Assembly: GCA_965222075.1 (NCBI GenBank)
Contig: OZ244937.1
Coordinates: 4,928,001 to 4,992,000 of the forward strand
Direction: 5' to 3'
Length of the DNA stretch: 64,000 bases
Source: Candidatus Latescibacterota bacterium
GTDB taxonomy: Bacteria; Latescibacterota; UBA2968; GCA-2709665
Each line of letters begins with the position of its first letter. Position 1 is the stretch's first letter. Below are positions 1 through 9,391 of this stretch, one piece after another. A program made the position numbers and the translations under genes. Under the pieces are notes generated by a model. The model did no database searches, was not told the origin of the DNA, and saw only the letters and a program-made list of their open reading frames with translations.

Positions 1-2
1 CC

Positions 3-1967
3 ACGTTTGCGCCGGCGCAGGCGCTCATTATCAGGTGCCGTGCGATCAATTCGGAGGGTGAGGCCAGGTCGAAGGAGGCCTATGAGGAGCTTCTGGAGTC
101 GAATCCCGAAGACCTGGAGGGCTGGCTGGAGTGGGCCAGGATCGTCTTGGCCGATGGGGATTATGAGCAGATCCGCAGGCGCCTGCCCCCTGTGATGAAC
201 GCCCATCCGGCCTGGACGGACCTGCTGCCCATCCTGGGTCAGGCCTACTGGAAGGCGAACCTGCCGGGGCCGGCGTGGGCCGCCTTCTCGGTGTATCTGG
301 ATTCCCTTGAGGCGGAGGAACGGCGGTGGTATGAGGACATCAGCCTGGTTTCGTGGGGAGACGAGGCCCGGGAATACCAGTGGGCGTATCCGGAGGAGAA
401 GCCGGAGATTGCGAAGCGCTTCTGGGCCAAGCGGGATCAGGACTATACGACGCTGGTCAACGAGCGCCTTTTGGAGCACCATCGGCGGGTGTGGTATGCC
501 CGGACCTATTTCGGGAAACAGAAATCCCCCTGGGACGCCCGAGGAGAGGTCTACATCCGCTACGGGGAACCTGACCACCGCAGCCGGTCCAGGGGCGTAA
601 GCCCGCCTCCTGGGGCGGCCGTGAACGCTGTGAAAGAGCGGTTTTTCAACATGCTCTACAGCGACGAATACATCCTCCTGGCGGTGGGCGGGGGGTCGGA
701 GTATGTCACGTTTGAAGAATATTTGGACGGGGAGGGCGAGAACTTAGGGACGATGAAGGGTGTGCAGTGGTTTGACAGCGTCACCGGCGGGTTGACGGGG
801 TCGCTGGCAGGGCCGGTCTTTCCGATCCTTTCCTACACCCCGGAGTCCAGGGGGGGGGTGTATCTGCCGGTCGGTTCGACCGATTTCAGCATCGTGCCCT
901 GGGAGTCGTGGGTCTACACCGATATCAACGGGGGGATTGTGATCGACTTTACCGACCAGGTGGGCAAGGGGGCGTTCGACTATGCGCCGATCCCCGAGAT
1001 GGGCAAGACGCCGGGGTTGAAACACGGAAGCACCTCGGGAAAAGACGCCATCCGGGCGTTCCGCGGCCTGGCGCGCCTGGCGCCGCTTGCGGTGATACGC
1101 ACCGCGGCCGCAGCGGTGCCGGAGCGCTACGCGATTCCAGAGGAAGACCGCCCCCTGGACTTCTACTTCGACCAGGCGCAGTTCCGGGGCGAGGCGGATT
1201 CCTCCCGCGTGGAGATCTACTACGGGGTGCCGATGTCGGAGGCGACCTACTTTTCAACCGAAGGGAAGACGGCGTTCGAGGCGGCCTGTGGGGTTGCTCT
1301 GGTCAACAGGGAAGGCAGAGGGATCTACCGGTTCGAGACCCGGCTGGTCTACTTGGAAGCGGGAGACCGCACCGGGGATCGGCGGGTTATCCCCCACCTG
1401 GCCGGGTTAAATATTACCCCGGGCGAATACACCCTGGATGTCCGGATGAAAAACCGGTTGAACGGGGAGATCGGCGTGTACCGGAAGCACCTGAGTGTTG
1501 AGGCCTATCCGCCCGGGCCGCTCAAGCTGAGCGACATCCAGCTGGCCTGGAAGGTCTCTGAAGAGGGTCAACCGGACAGGTTTTCCAAAAATGGCCTGCG
1601 GGTTGTTCCGATGCCGACGAGGCTTTACCGAAAGGGGCAGCCCGTGTACATTTACTATGAGATTTACAACCTGAAACGGGATGCGTTCGGGATGACCAAC
1701 TACACGGTAGAGTACACCGTCCGGTCGGGGGAACCGCCTGGGGCGATTTCGCGGATCTTGCGCGTGTTTAAGGGGACGAATGAACAGGTCTCGGTGGCTC
1801 AGGAACAGCTGGGCACACAGGAGACTCAGCCCAGCTACCTGGAGCTGGACTTGAGCGAGGTTGTGCCGGGGGAGGTCGCGCTGAGTGTGAGGGTGGAGGA
1901 CCTCAACTCGGGCGAGACCGGCTTGAAAGAGGCGAAGTTTGAGGTCAGGGAAGAGCGTGGAGAGTGA
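3..1967 (+). CDS. GWxTD-domain TPR protein, type A (5'-truncated by window edge)
   Basis: Frame is open from nt 3 (TFAPAQALIIRCRAIN...), upstream of the track's 147 start, and aligns with paralog 21665-24217. Has FW..RD.D.TT..NER..EH..RV.YA and PWDARGEVYIRYGEPD (GWxTD-type core), plus C-terminal beta-sandwich motifs (PMPTRLY..GQPVYIYYEIYNL). Confidence 0.85.
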   Translation, partial: TFAPAQALIIRCRAINSEGEARSKEAYEELLESNPEDLEGWLEWARIVLADGDYEQIRRRLPPVMNAHPAWTDLLPILGQAYWKANLPGPAWAAFSVYLDSLEAEERRWYEDISLVSWGDEAREYQWAYPEEKPEIAKRFWAKRDQDYTTLVNERLLEHHRRVWYARTYFGKQKSPWDARGEVYIRYGEPDHRSRSRGVSPPPGAAVNAVKERFFNMLYSDEYILLAVGGGSEYVTFEEYLDGEGENLGTMKGVQWFDSVTGGLTGSLAGPVFPILSYTPESRGGVYLPVGSTDFSIVPWESWVYTDINGGIVIDFTDQVGKGAFDYAPIPEMGKTPGLKHGSTSGKDAIRAFRGLARLAPLAVIRTAAAAVPERYAIPEEDRPLDFYFDQAQFRGEADSSRVEIYYGVPMSEATYFSTEGKTAFEAACGVALVNREGRGIYRFETRLVYLEAGDRTGDRRVIPHLAGLNITPGEYTLDVRMKNRLNGEIGVYRKHLSVEAYPPGPLKLSDIQLAWKVSEEGQPDRFSKNGLRVVPMPTRLYRKGQPVYIYYEIYNLKRDAFGMTNYTVEYTVRSGEPPGAISRILRVFKGTNEQVSVAQEQLGTQETQPSYLELDLSEVVPGEVALSVRVEDLNSGETGLKEAKFEVREERGE

Positions 1968-1992
1968 AGAGCGAAGAGCGAAGAGCGTGAGA
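1951..1992 (+). repeat. Heptamer tandem repeat (GAAGAGC)n at the GWxTD A/B junction
   Basis: gaagagc units overlap the stop of gene A. Confidence 0.7.
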
Positions 1993-1997
1993 GGCTT

Positions 1998-4900
1998 GTG
2001 GGTCGGTATACTGATAGACGATTGGGCGACCTGGTGATTGCCGGGCTGGCGGCTGTCTGTGCGTGTACGCCTGTGCCTGCCTGCGCCGAGATCCCTGCCT
2101 CGCCTGCTTCGGCAGGCAGGCAGGCACAGGTGGAGCCCGTGAGGTCGGCGGATGGTCGGCGGATGGCTTACACGGTGGCCAGGGGGTGGCCCAGGCCGCT
2201 GATGACGGAGGTCTGGACGGCCAGTGGAGATGGGAGCGATCCCAGGCGGGTGAAGGTTTACTTAGGGGCGCCGGGGGATCTGGGCTTTTTGCCGGGCGAT
2301 GAAGGGCTGGTCTACCTTCAGCGGGGCCTTTCCTATGCGCTATTCGGGTCGTACCTTTACGGTGGGCGAGAGGCGTCGCTGGTCCGGAACCGGGTGTGGA
2401 GGATGCCTGCCGGGGGTGCCGGGGAGGCCGTCTGGCCCCTGCCCGACGATCTTCAAGCTGTGAGGATCGCGGTTTCTCCCGATGGGCAACGGCTGGCGGT
2501 GTGCGGGTATCGGGGGGAGCTTCCGGAGCGGGGGGACCGGAGTCTGTGGGTGGTGGACCGCACCGGAAGGGCCGTTCTGGTGGAGAACGACGGGGTAGAC
2601 GGCCCTCTGGGGTGGTCTGAGGATTCGGAGGAGGTGTTCTGCGCCTTGGAAGAAGGGGGGGGACCTGTTCGGGTGCGGGTGGGAACTGGTGAGACGAGGC
2701 AGCGGGATGGAGCGGGGGTGGTGGCCTCTGCGGGGGGGAAAGAGGGGCAGGTGCTGAGCCTGATCGGGAAGGCGATGGATCAGTATATGAAGGGCTACCA
2801 CGCGATGCACCGGGGTGGGCGGCATGCCCGGACGATCAGGAGCGCTTACAGGGGGGCGATTCAGGCGTTTGAGCAGATCTACAAGTCACGGATGGGGATC
2901 TCGGAGGCGGACTGTCAGAATTACATCCAGGCGATTCGCAAGCAGGCCGATCGGGGGATGGAGGCGCGAAGGCAGGCGGTATGTCTGGAACACCAGCTTA
3001 TTCTGGGCGATCTGATTTTGCAGTATGCACAGACGCACGGCCAGATTCCCACCACCCTTGAGGACCTGCATTCCTGGACCGAACGCAGGGTGGAGGGGGA
3101 GGCGTCCGAGGAGGCCATACGGAAGAGAGACCTGAGGGCGCTGGCCCATCTGTTTCGCTGTTCCACCGATCCGGATGAGGGCCGCTCGATCAGCTACGTA
3201 TATCGTCCGGAGGCAGGGTCGGGGGATCCGCTGCTGACCTGTTTCTGGCACCGGGGCCGGCTGCTGCACCTCGCGCGGACCCCGGGGAGCTTTCGGGGGC
3301 GTGCATTGGAATTCCATTCCGGCCGGATCGATTCCTTAGATGCGGCGGCGGCCCGCTATTTGGCGGCAGGCGCAGCGGACAGCGCCGTTGCCCTCTTAGA
3401 GGTGGTGTCCCATCAGCGCCACAAGGCCCCGGTTGCGCACTACAAATATGGCTATGCCGCCTTCAAGGCGAGGGACTACGGGCGCGCGGAAAAGGCGTTT
3501 AAGAAGGTCTCCTCTATGAGCAAAGGGGTGGTGCTGTCCAGGGCGTATTACGGCATGGGGCTGATCCACACGGAGCGTCCCAGGGGGCTTTATACGGCGG
3601 TGCACTACTTCCGGGATGCCCTGATCCTGGATCGGGACTATGTGGACGCCCGATTCCAGATGGCCAGGATACGCGTACAGCTGTGGGAATACGACGCGAA
3701 GTCGGATATTGAGAAGGTCCTGGAGATGAACCCGGACTATGCGGACGCTTACCTGCTGATGGGGGACTATTATGCGGACCTGATGGAGGACTACGAGCAG
3801 GCGATCCTCTGGTATACAAAGTACCTGGCGCTGCGGCCTGAGGATGAGAACGGTCGGGTCCGGCTGAGCATGGCCTATTTGCAGGTGAAGGACTACGACA
3901 AGATCATGGATATCCTGCTCAAGTTTCTTTTGGAACATCCCGATGCCATCGAGCTGATGCCCATCGTCGCGCAGGCGTGCGTCAAACGGGAGAAGCACGA
4001 CATGGCCATGAGCTTCTTCCGGTCGTACATCTCGAATCTCGACCCGGAGGAACGGGCGCTTTACGAGGATATCAGCCGGTTCGCCTCACCGGAGGAGCTG
4101 GACGAGGCCGCGCGGACAGCGGAGCGGGAGGCGTTTTTGAAGCGCTTCTGGAACGGGCGGGATCCGGACCTGTCCACGCCGGTCAACGAGCGGCTCCTGG
4201 AACACTACCGGCGGGTGTGGTACGCCCGGCAGAGCTTCTCGGGGGGACAGCAGCCGTGGGACATGCGCGGAGAGGTCTACGTGCGGCTCGGGGAGCCGGA
4301 CCACCGGACGAGTTCGCAGATGATGAACGCGTCGCAGAGCCTGGACGTGCAGCGGGTCAAGGACCGGATGGCCCGCGCCATATACGGGAAGGATGGGACG
4401 GAGCATACGTTTATCGGACCCGTGTTCCCCGTGCGAAGTATGGCGCTGGAATCACGCGTGTGGGAAGGGGCGCGCCAGATCAGAACCACCGAAGGGGGGG
4501 GAGTCCGGTACGGGACCGTTCTGGCGGAGCAGGCCTTCGAACAGGAGGAGGGGGAGGAACAGGAGCTGGATACGGAAGAACGCGAGGAGAGAATCGCCCT
4601 CAGCGCGACGGGCAGGGAACGGGCAGGGGCGTCGGAAAATTTCGATCTGATGAGAGATCTGTTAGAGGACGCCCGGGAGCACAGCTTACGGTTCGGAAAG
4701 TACAGCCCCGTTACTACCACCGGCGTAGACATCGCCACGGTTTCCTGGGAGTCCTGGGTCTACACCCGGGTCGGGGGAGGTGTGGAGATCACGTTTACGG
4801 ACGAGGGCGGCACCGGCGTTTTCGGCCACGCCCCGATGCCGATGGTGGGGGATATTTCGCCGGCCCAGTTTGCGCGGTTTGCCCGGTATGCGCCGGAACG

Positions 4901-5774
4901 GGTTTTTGAACAGGCGGTTGCGGCCTTCCCCGATTTCTACACGCCCGAATACGACGTGGCGCCCTTCGATTTCTACTTCGATGTGGCCGATTTTCGGGGG
5001 AATAACGGCTACAGCGCCTTAGAGATTTACTACGGCCTGCCCGGCACGGCGGCACGCTACGTTCCCGAAGAGGATGTGACGCGGCTGGTGGTGAAGCGTC
5101 AGGCCGGACTGGTTGGAGCAGCGCTGGATACGGTCTACCGGGTCTCGGGCGACCTATTCTTCCAGATGTCGGGGCGGGGAGGCGTCGGGGCGGTTGTGCC
5201 CGATGTGGTGCGGCTGGAGCTGCCCCCCGGCGCCTACCGTCTGGAGGTGCGGGTGCGGGACCGGATGACCGGGCGCATCGGCCTTTACCGGAAGGATGTG
5301 AGGGTGGAGGGCTATACGCAGGAGGGGCTGCAGCTGAGCAGCCTGGAACTGGCCTGGCGGATTGCGGAGGACCAACCGTTGGACAAGTTTTCCAAGAGCG
5401 GGCTGAACGTGATCCCGATGCCCACACGGATGTATCCCAAGGGGCGAAGTGTTTTCGTCTACTACGAGATCTACAACCTGGTGCGGGACGAATTTGGCCA
5501 GACGAAATACCGGGTGGAGTATACGATCCGACCGGCGGGGGGAAATATTGTTTCGCGGCTGGTGCGGACGTTTGTGGGGAAGAAGGAGGAGGTGGTGGTG
5601 GGCTACGAACAGGTCGGTTATGGGGAGACGGAGGTGGTGCATACGGAGCTGGACCTGGGCGAGACCACACCGGGACGGCACTATTTGAAGGTTACGGTGA
5701 CGGATTTGAACAGCGAGGATGAGGAGCGGGTGGTGAAGGATGTGCCCTTTATGGTGGGGCGAGGTGGAGGGTGA
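1998..5774 (+). CDS. GWxTD-domain protein, type B: signal peptide, TolB-like propeller fragment, pilin-like domain, TPRs, GWxTD core, beta-sandwich
   Basis: 1258-aa ORF with SADGRRMAY and SPDGQRLAV propeller blades, TPRs (NPDYADAYLLMG) and PWDMRGEVYVRLGEPD; paralog of 24274-28158. Confidence 0.85.
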   Translation: MGRYTDRRLGDLVIAGLAAVCACTPVPACAEIPASPASAGRQAQVEPVRSADGRRMAYTVARGWPRPLMTEVWTASGDGSDPRRVKVYLGAPGDLGFLPGDEGLVYLQRGLSYALFGSYLYGGREASLVRNRVWRMPAGGAGEAVWPLPDDLQAVRIAVSPDGQRLAVCGYRGELPERGDRSLWVVDRTGRAVLVENDGVDGPLGWSEDSEEVFCALEEGGGPVRVRVGTGETRQRDGAGVVASAGGKEGQVLSLIGKAMDQYMKGYHAMHRGGRHARTIRSAYRGAIQAFEQIYKSRMGISEADCQNYIQAIRKQADRGMEARRQAVCLEHQLILGDLILQYAQTHGQIPTTLEDLHSWTERRVEGEASEEAIRKRDLRALAHLFRCSTDPDEGRSISYVYRPEAGSGDPLLTCFWHRGRLLHLARTPGSFRGRALEFHSGRIDSLDAAAARYLAAGAADSAVALLEVVSHQRHKAPVAHYKYGYAAFKARDYGRAEKAFKKVSSMSKGVVLSRAYYGMGLIHTERPRGLYTAVHYFRDALILDRDYVDARFQMARIRVQLWEYDAKSDIEKVLEMNPDYADAYLLMGDYYADLMEDYEQAILWYTKYLALRPEDENGRVRLSMAYLQVKDYDKIMDILLKFLLEHPDAIELMPIVAQACVKREKHDMAMSFFRSYISNLDPEERALYEDISRFASPEELDEAARTAEREAFLKRFWNGRDPDLSTPVNERLLEHYRRVWYARQSFSGGQQPWDMRGEVYVRLGEPDHRTSSQMMNASQSLDVQRVKDRMARAIYGKDGTEHTFIGPVFPVRSMALESRVWEGARQIRTTEGGGVRYGTVLAEQAFEQEEGEEQELDTEEREERIALSATGRERAGASENFDLMRDLLEDAREHSLRFGKYSPVTTTGVDIATVSWESWVYTRVGGGVEITFTDEGGTGVFGHAPMPMVGDISPAQFARFARYAPERVFEQAVAAFPDFYTPEYDVAPFDFYFDVADFRGNNGYSALEIYYGLPGTAARYVPEEDVTRLVVKRQAGLVGAALDTVYRVSGDLFFQMSGRGGVGAVVPDVVRLELPPGAYRLEVRVRDRMTGRIGLYRKDVRVEGYTQEGLQLSSLELAWRIAEDQPLDKFSKSGLNVIPMPTRMYPKGRSVFVYYEIYNLVRDEFGQTKYRVEYTIRPAGGNIVSRLVRTFVGKKEEVVVGYEQVGYGETEVVHTELDLGETTPGRHYLKVTVTDLNSEDEERVVKDVPFMVGRGGG
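2070..2130. repeat. Intragenic palindromic element (CCTGCC...GGCAGG family)
   Basis: 15-bp perfect inverted repeat cctgtgcctgcctgc/gcaggcaggcacagg; the inner 28 bp are almost identical to 56657-56684. Confidence 0.8.
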
Positions 5775-5781
5775 GGATGGG

Positions 5782-7635
5782 ATGGGTTGTGTGATTCGTT
5801 ATTGCGGGGGGGCAGTTCTGCTCGGTGCCCTGTGGGTTTTCTGTACGGCGGCCGGCGCTCAGGATGTGCGGTTTGTGGACGTGACCGAGCAGTGCGGCAT
5901 CGACTTTGTGCACGTCAACGGGGCCAGCCAGGAGAAGTTCCCGGTCGAGACGATGTGCGCAGGCTGCGGGTTTTTGGATTACGATGGGGACGGGGACCTG
6001 GACATTTACCTGGTCAACGGGGCACCGCTGCCGGGCTTCAAGGCGGAGCAGACGCCGGTCAACCGGCTTTACCGGAACGACGGAGCGGCGTCGGGGTGGA
6101 CGTTTACGGACGTGACCGAGGCGTCGGGGGCGGGCGATTCGGGCTATGGCATGGGCTGCGTTGCCGGGGATTACGACAACGACGGGGACCAGGACCTGTA
6201 CGTGACGAACTGGGGCCCCAACGTGCTTTACCGGAACGAGGGAAACGGGACGTTTACCAATGTGACCGACCAGGCGGGGGTGGGGAATGCCCTGTGGGGC
6301 TCGGCGGCGGCGTTTTTCGACTACGACGGGGACGGAGACCTGGACCTCTACGTGGCCAACTATCTGGATTCCCGATTGGACAACAACAAATTTTGCAGCA
6401 GTCTCCGCAGTATGGGTAAACGGGCCTACTGCCACCCGGACGAGTACCCCGGGGTGCCGGACGTGCTCTACCGGAATGAGGGGGATGGAACGTTTACCGA
6501 CGTGACCCGGGAGGCCGGGGTCTACCAGCCGGGGGGGAAGGGCCTGGGGGTGGTCTGCACCGACTACGACGGGGACGGAGACTTAGACCTCTACGTGGCC
6601 AACGACTCGATGGAGAATTACCTCTTCGACAACTCAGGAGACGGGATGTTCGAGGAGGTCGCGTTGCTGGTGGGGGCGGCGTTCAACGAGGCGGGACAAG
6701 CCGAGGCGGGGATGGGGGTGGACTGCGCCGATGTAGACGGGGATGGATTCTTGGATCTTATGATCGGACACCTGGACAACGAGACGAATACGCTCTACCG
6801 GAACGAGGGGGAGGGGATGTTTACAGATGTCACACCCACCTCGGGCATCGGTCCTCCTACCCTGCTGAAGGTGACGTTCGGGATAGTTTTTCTGGATGTG
6901 GAAAACGACGGGGATGCGGACGCCTTTGCGGCCAACGGCCACGTGCTGGACAACATCTCACTCGTATCCGATCAGGTCCCGTACAAGCAGCCCAACCAGC
7001 TTTTCGAAAATGTGGGCGGGGGGCGCTTTGTGGAGGCCTCGGAACGCTATGGCCCCGGCCTGGGCATCGTCAAGGCAAGCCGGGGGCTGGCCGCGGGGGA
7101 TTACGACAACGATGGGGACGTGGATCTGCTGGTGGCCAATATCGCCGAAGGACCGGATTTGCTGCGGAACGAGGGGGGCAACGGGGAGAACTGGCTGATG
7201 GTGAAGCTGGTGGGAGGGGCCAGGGGGGGCATGCGGGATGCGGGTTTCGGAAATAAAGGCATTCCTTCCAGGCAGGAGAGGCGGTCCGGTGAGCCGGAGG
7301 CGGGCCTGCCTGTGCGTTGCACGCAGACAGGCGTTAGCCAATCGTCCGGGGTGGGTGGTGAAGGGTCAGGGGGTGGGGTCTCGAACCGGGACGGGGTCGG
7401 GGCCCGGGTGACGGTAGTGGCGGGAGACCTTCGGCAGGTGAAGGAGGTGCACTGCGGGGCCAGTTATCTTGCTGCCAACGACCTGAGGGTGCATTTTGGG
7501 CTGGGGAAGCGGGAAGGGGTGGACAGCCTGGAGGTCCGGTGGCCGTCGGGGATTGTGGATCGGGTCGAGGGGGTTGGGGTTAACCGGCTGGTGGTGATTA
7601 GAGAAGGGGAGGCCGGGAGGGGATGGGGGAGATAG
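5782..7635 (+). CDS. CRTAC1-family protein (FG-GAP/VCBS repeats + ASPIC/UnbV domain)
   Basis: Multiple DYDxDGDxD repeats, LYRNxGxGxFxDVT, SNRDGVGARV, HFGLG, EVRWPSG; signal peptide after ATG 5782. Confidence 0.9.
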   Translation: MGCVIRYCGGAVLLGALWVFCTAAGAQDVRFVDVTEQCGIDFVHVNGASQEKFPVETMCAGCGFLDYDGDGDLDIYLVNGAPLPGFKAEQTPVNRLYRNDGAASGWTFTDVTEASGAGDSGYGMGCVAGDYDNDGDQDLYVTNWGPNVLYRNEGNGTFTNVTDQAGVGNALWGSAAAFFDYDGDGDLDLYVANYLDSRLDNNKFCSSLRSMGKRAYCHPDEYPGVPDVLYRNEGDGTFTDVTREAGVYQPGGKGLGVVCTDYDGDGDLDLYVANDSMENYLFDNSGDGMFEEVALLVGAAFNEAGQAEAGMGVDCADVDGDGFLDLMIGHLDNETNTLYRNEGEGMFTDVTPTSGIGPPTLLKVTFGIVFLDVENDGDADAFAANGHVLDNISLVSDQVPYKQPNQLFENVGGGRFVEASERYGPGLGIVKASRGLAAGDYDNDGDVDLLVANIAEGPDLLRNEGGNGENWLMVKLVGGARGGMRDAGFGNKGIPSRQERRSGEPEAGLPVRCTQTGVSQSSGVGGEGSGGGVSNRDGVGARVTVVAGDLRQVKEVHCGASYLAANDLRVHFGLGKREGVDSLEVRWPSGIVDRVEGVGVNRLVVIREGEAGRGWGR

Positions 7636-7641
7636 CGAAAT

Positions 7642-7900
7642 CACGGTTCGGCGTGCGCAGCTTCAACCGTCAGCAGCAGGGGTAGCAGCAGGAGGTGGGG
7701 GACGGGTTCACGGATTGCGGGGTAGCCCTTATTTTTCAGGGCGACGCCGAGGTGGTAGTGGGCGTCGGCGTGGTTGGGGTCGATCTCAAGGGCCTGTTCG
7801 AATCGCCCCGTCTGTGGATCCCCTGTTGAGCAGCAGACGGCCGGTGTGCACGTGGGCCCGGGCGCTTTGGGGAGGGAGGGCGCGCAGGCTGTCGGCCGGT
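7642..7900 (-). pseudogene. TPR protein gene remnant
   Basis: Minus strand reads ARAHVHTGRLLLNRGSTDGAI, then in another frame FEQALEIDPNHADAHYHLGVALKNKG; no start codon or full ORF. Confidence 0.65.
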
Positions 7901-7958
7901 GCGCGCCGGGGGCGTTCCGTCCGGTTCGGCTTTTTTGCGGGTTTGAGGGTAGGGCCTG

Positions 7959-9335
7959 TCATGTGTGGATGGTCTCTCCGAAGCGTATTGCAAAGGTCAC
8001 GAAGTCGCTAAATCCGATTTCCCCGTTCAGATCGAGATCGAACTTCACATTATAGGTCGCGTCGTTCTTTTTTGCCCCAAAGTGGCGTGCAAAGTTGACG
8101 AAGTCCTGAAAGTTGACGATCCCGTTTCCGTCAAAGTCGGGCGAGGGCGTTAGTGGGTCAGAGGGCAGTCTGACCAGGCGGATGCGGTGGTTGAGCGTAT
8201 CCGCAATGTAGAGGTTCTTGCCCGATTGATCCACGCAGATGCCTCTGGGACGCCATAATCTTGCCCGGGTCGCCGGCCCCCCATCCCCTGAATAATCCCC
8301 CTTGCCCTCGCCCGTAGGTCCGCTTCCCGCCACGGTGGTGATGACGCCAAGCTGTACATCCACCCTTCGAATTCGGTGGTTGAAGGTGTCTGCAATGTAG
8401 ATGTTGCCCTCCTGATCCACGGTGACGTCCCAGGGTTTCAACAGGCTTGCCAGGGTGGCGGGTCCTCCATCTCCGGAAAATCCTTCCGTTCCATTCCCGG
8501 CGATGGTGGAGATGGTGCCCTTTGTATCCACCTTCCGGATGCGGTGGTTGAAGGTATCCGCAATATAAAGGTTGCCTGATTTATCCACGTAGATCCCGCC
8601 GGGGCTGTGCAGGCTCGCATGGGTCGCCGCGTCTCCATCTCCGGAAAATCCTTCCGTTCCATTCCCGGCGATGGTGGAGATGATGCCCTTTGTATCCACC
8701 TTCCGGATGCGGTGGTTGAGGGTATCCGAAATGTAGATGGTGCCTCCGTAGGGATGGTGGCGCAGGGGACCGGCGGGGGTGCCCGATCCGACCACGAAGA
8801 CGTCGGTCGGTTTGGCCAGGCTCGTACCTCTGGCAGGGACACCATCGGTGCCAAAACCAAATTGACCGTTGCCCGCTATGGTGGTGATGATGCCGGTCTG
8901 CCCGTGCACCCACCGAATTCTGTTGTGCCCCGAATCCGTAAGGTAAAGGTTGCTCAGATCGTCGACGAACATGCCCGAAGGGGTAAACAGGCCTGCGGCG
9001 ACCGCCAGGTCTTCATCGCCGGAAAAATCGGGGAGCCCGTTGCCCGCCAGGGTGGTAATGGTGCCCCCCGCATCCACCTTCCGGATTCGGGCGTTACCAA
9101 AATCCGCAATATAGTAGTTGTTCCAGGGGTCTACGAACACGCCGGCAGGCCAGAATAGTTCTGCCTTTTCAGCCGGGCCGTTATCGCCGCCATAGCTGGC
9201 GGAGGTACCTCCGGCCAGGGTGGTGATGGCGCCCGGCTCCGGTTGGGCCGAAAGAGGAGATTTAACCAACCAGAGTGTGAAGACCAACCCGCAGAACAGG
9301 ATCGCTTTGAAACGGTTTTTGAGCATGGATGCCAT
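7959..9335 (-). CDS. Secreted NHL-repeat protein with C-terminal dockerin-like double EF-hand domain
   Basis: Repeated YIADTxNHRIRKVD..G.I.TIAGNG..GFSGDG; C-terminal DFDGNGIVNFQDF...FDLDLNGEIGFSDF; signal peptide. Confidence 0.9.
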   Translation of the reverse strand: MASMLKNRFKAILFCGLVFTLWLVKSPLSAQPEPGAITTLAGGTSASYGGDNGPAEKAELFWPAGVFVDPWNNYYIADFGNARIRKVDAGGTITTLAGNGLPDFSGDEDLAVAAGLFTPSGMFVDDLSNLYLTDSGHNRIRWVHGQTGIITTIAGNGQFGFGTDGVPARGTSLAKPTDVFVVGSGTPAGPLRHHPYGGTIYISDTLNHRIRKVDTKGIISTIAGNGTEGFSGDGDAATHASLHSPGGIYVDKSGNLYIADTFNHRIRKVDTKGTISTIAGNGTEGFSGDGGPATLASLLKPWDVTVDQEGNIYIADTFNHRIRRVDVQLGVITTVAGSGPTGEGKGDYSGDGGPATRARLWRPRGICVDQSGKNLYIADTLNHRIRLVRLPSDPLTPSPDFDGNGIVNFQDFVNFARHFGAKKNDATYNVKFDLDLNGEIGFSDFVTFAIRFGETIHT

Positions 9336-9391
9336 TGGGTATTGACGAAATCTTACCCAGGGGACTGCTGGTTGTCAAACAGATCGATGCG

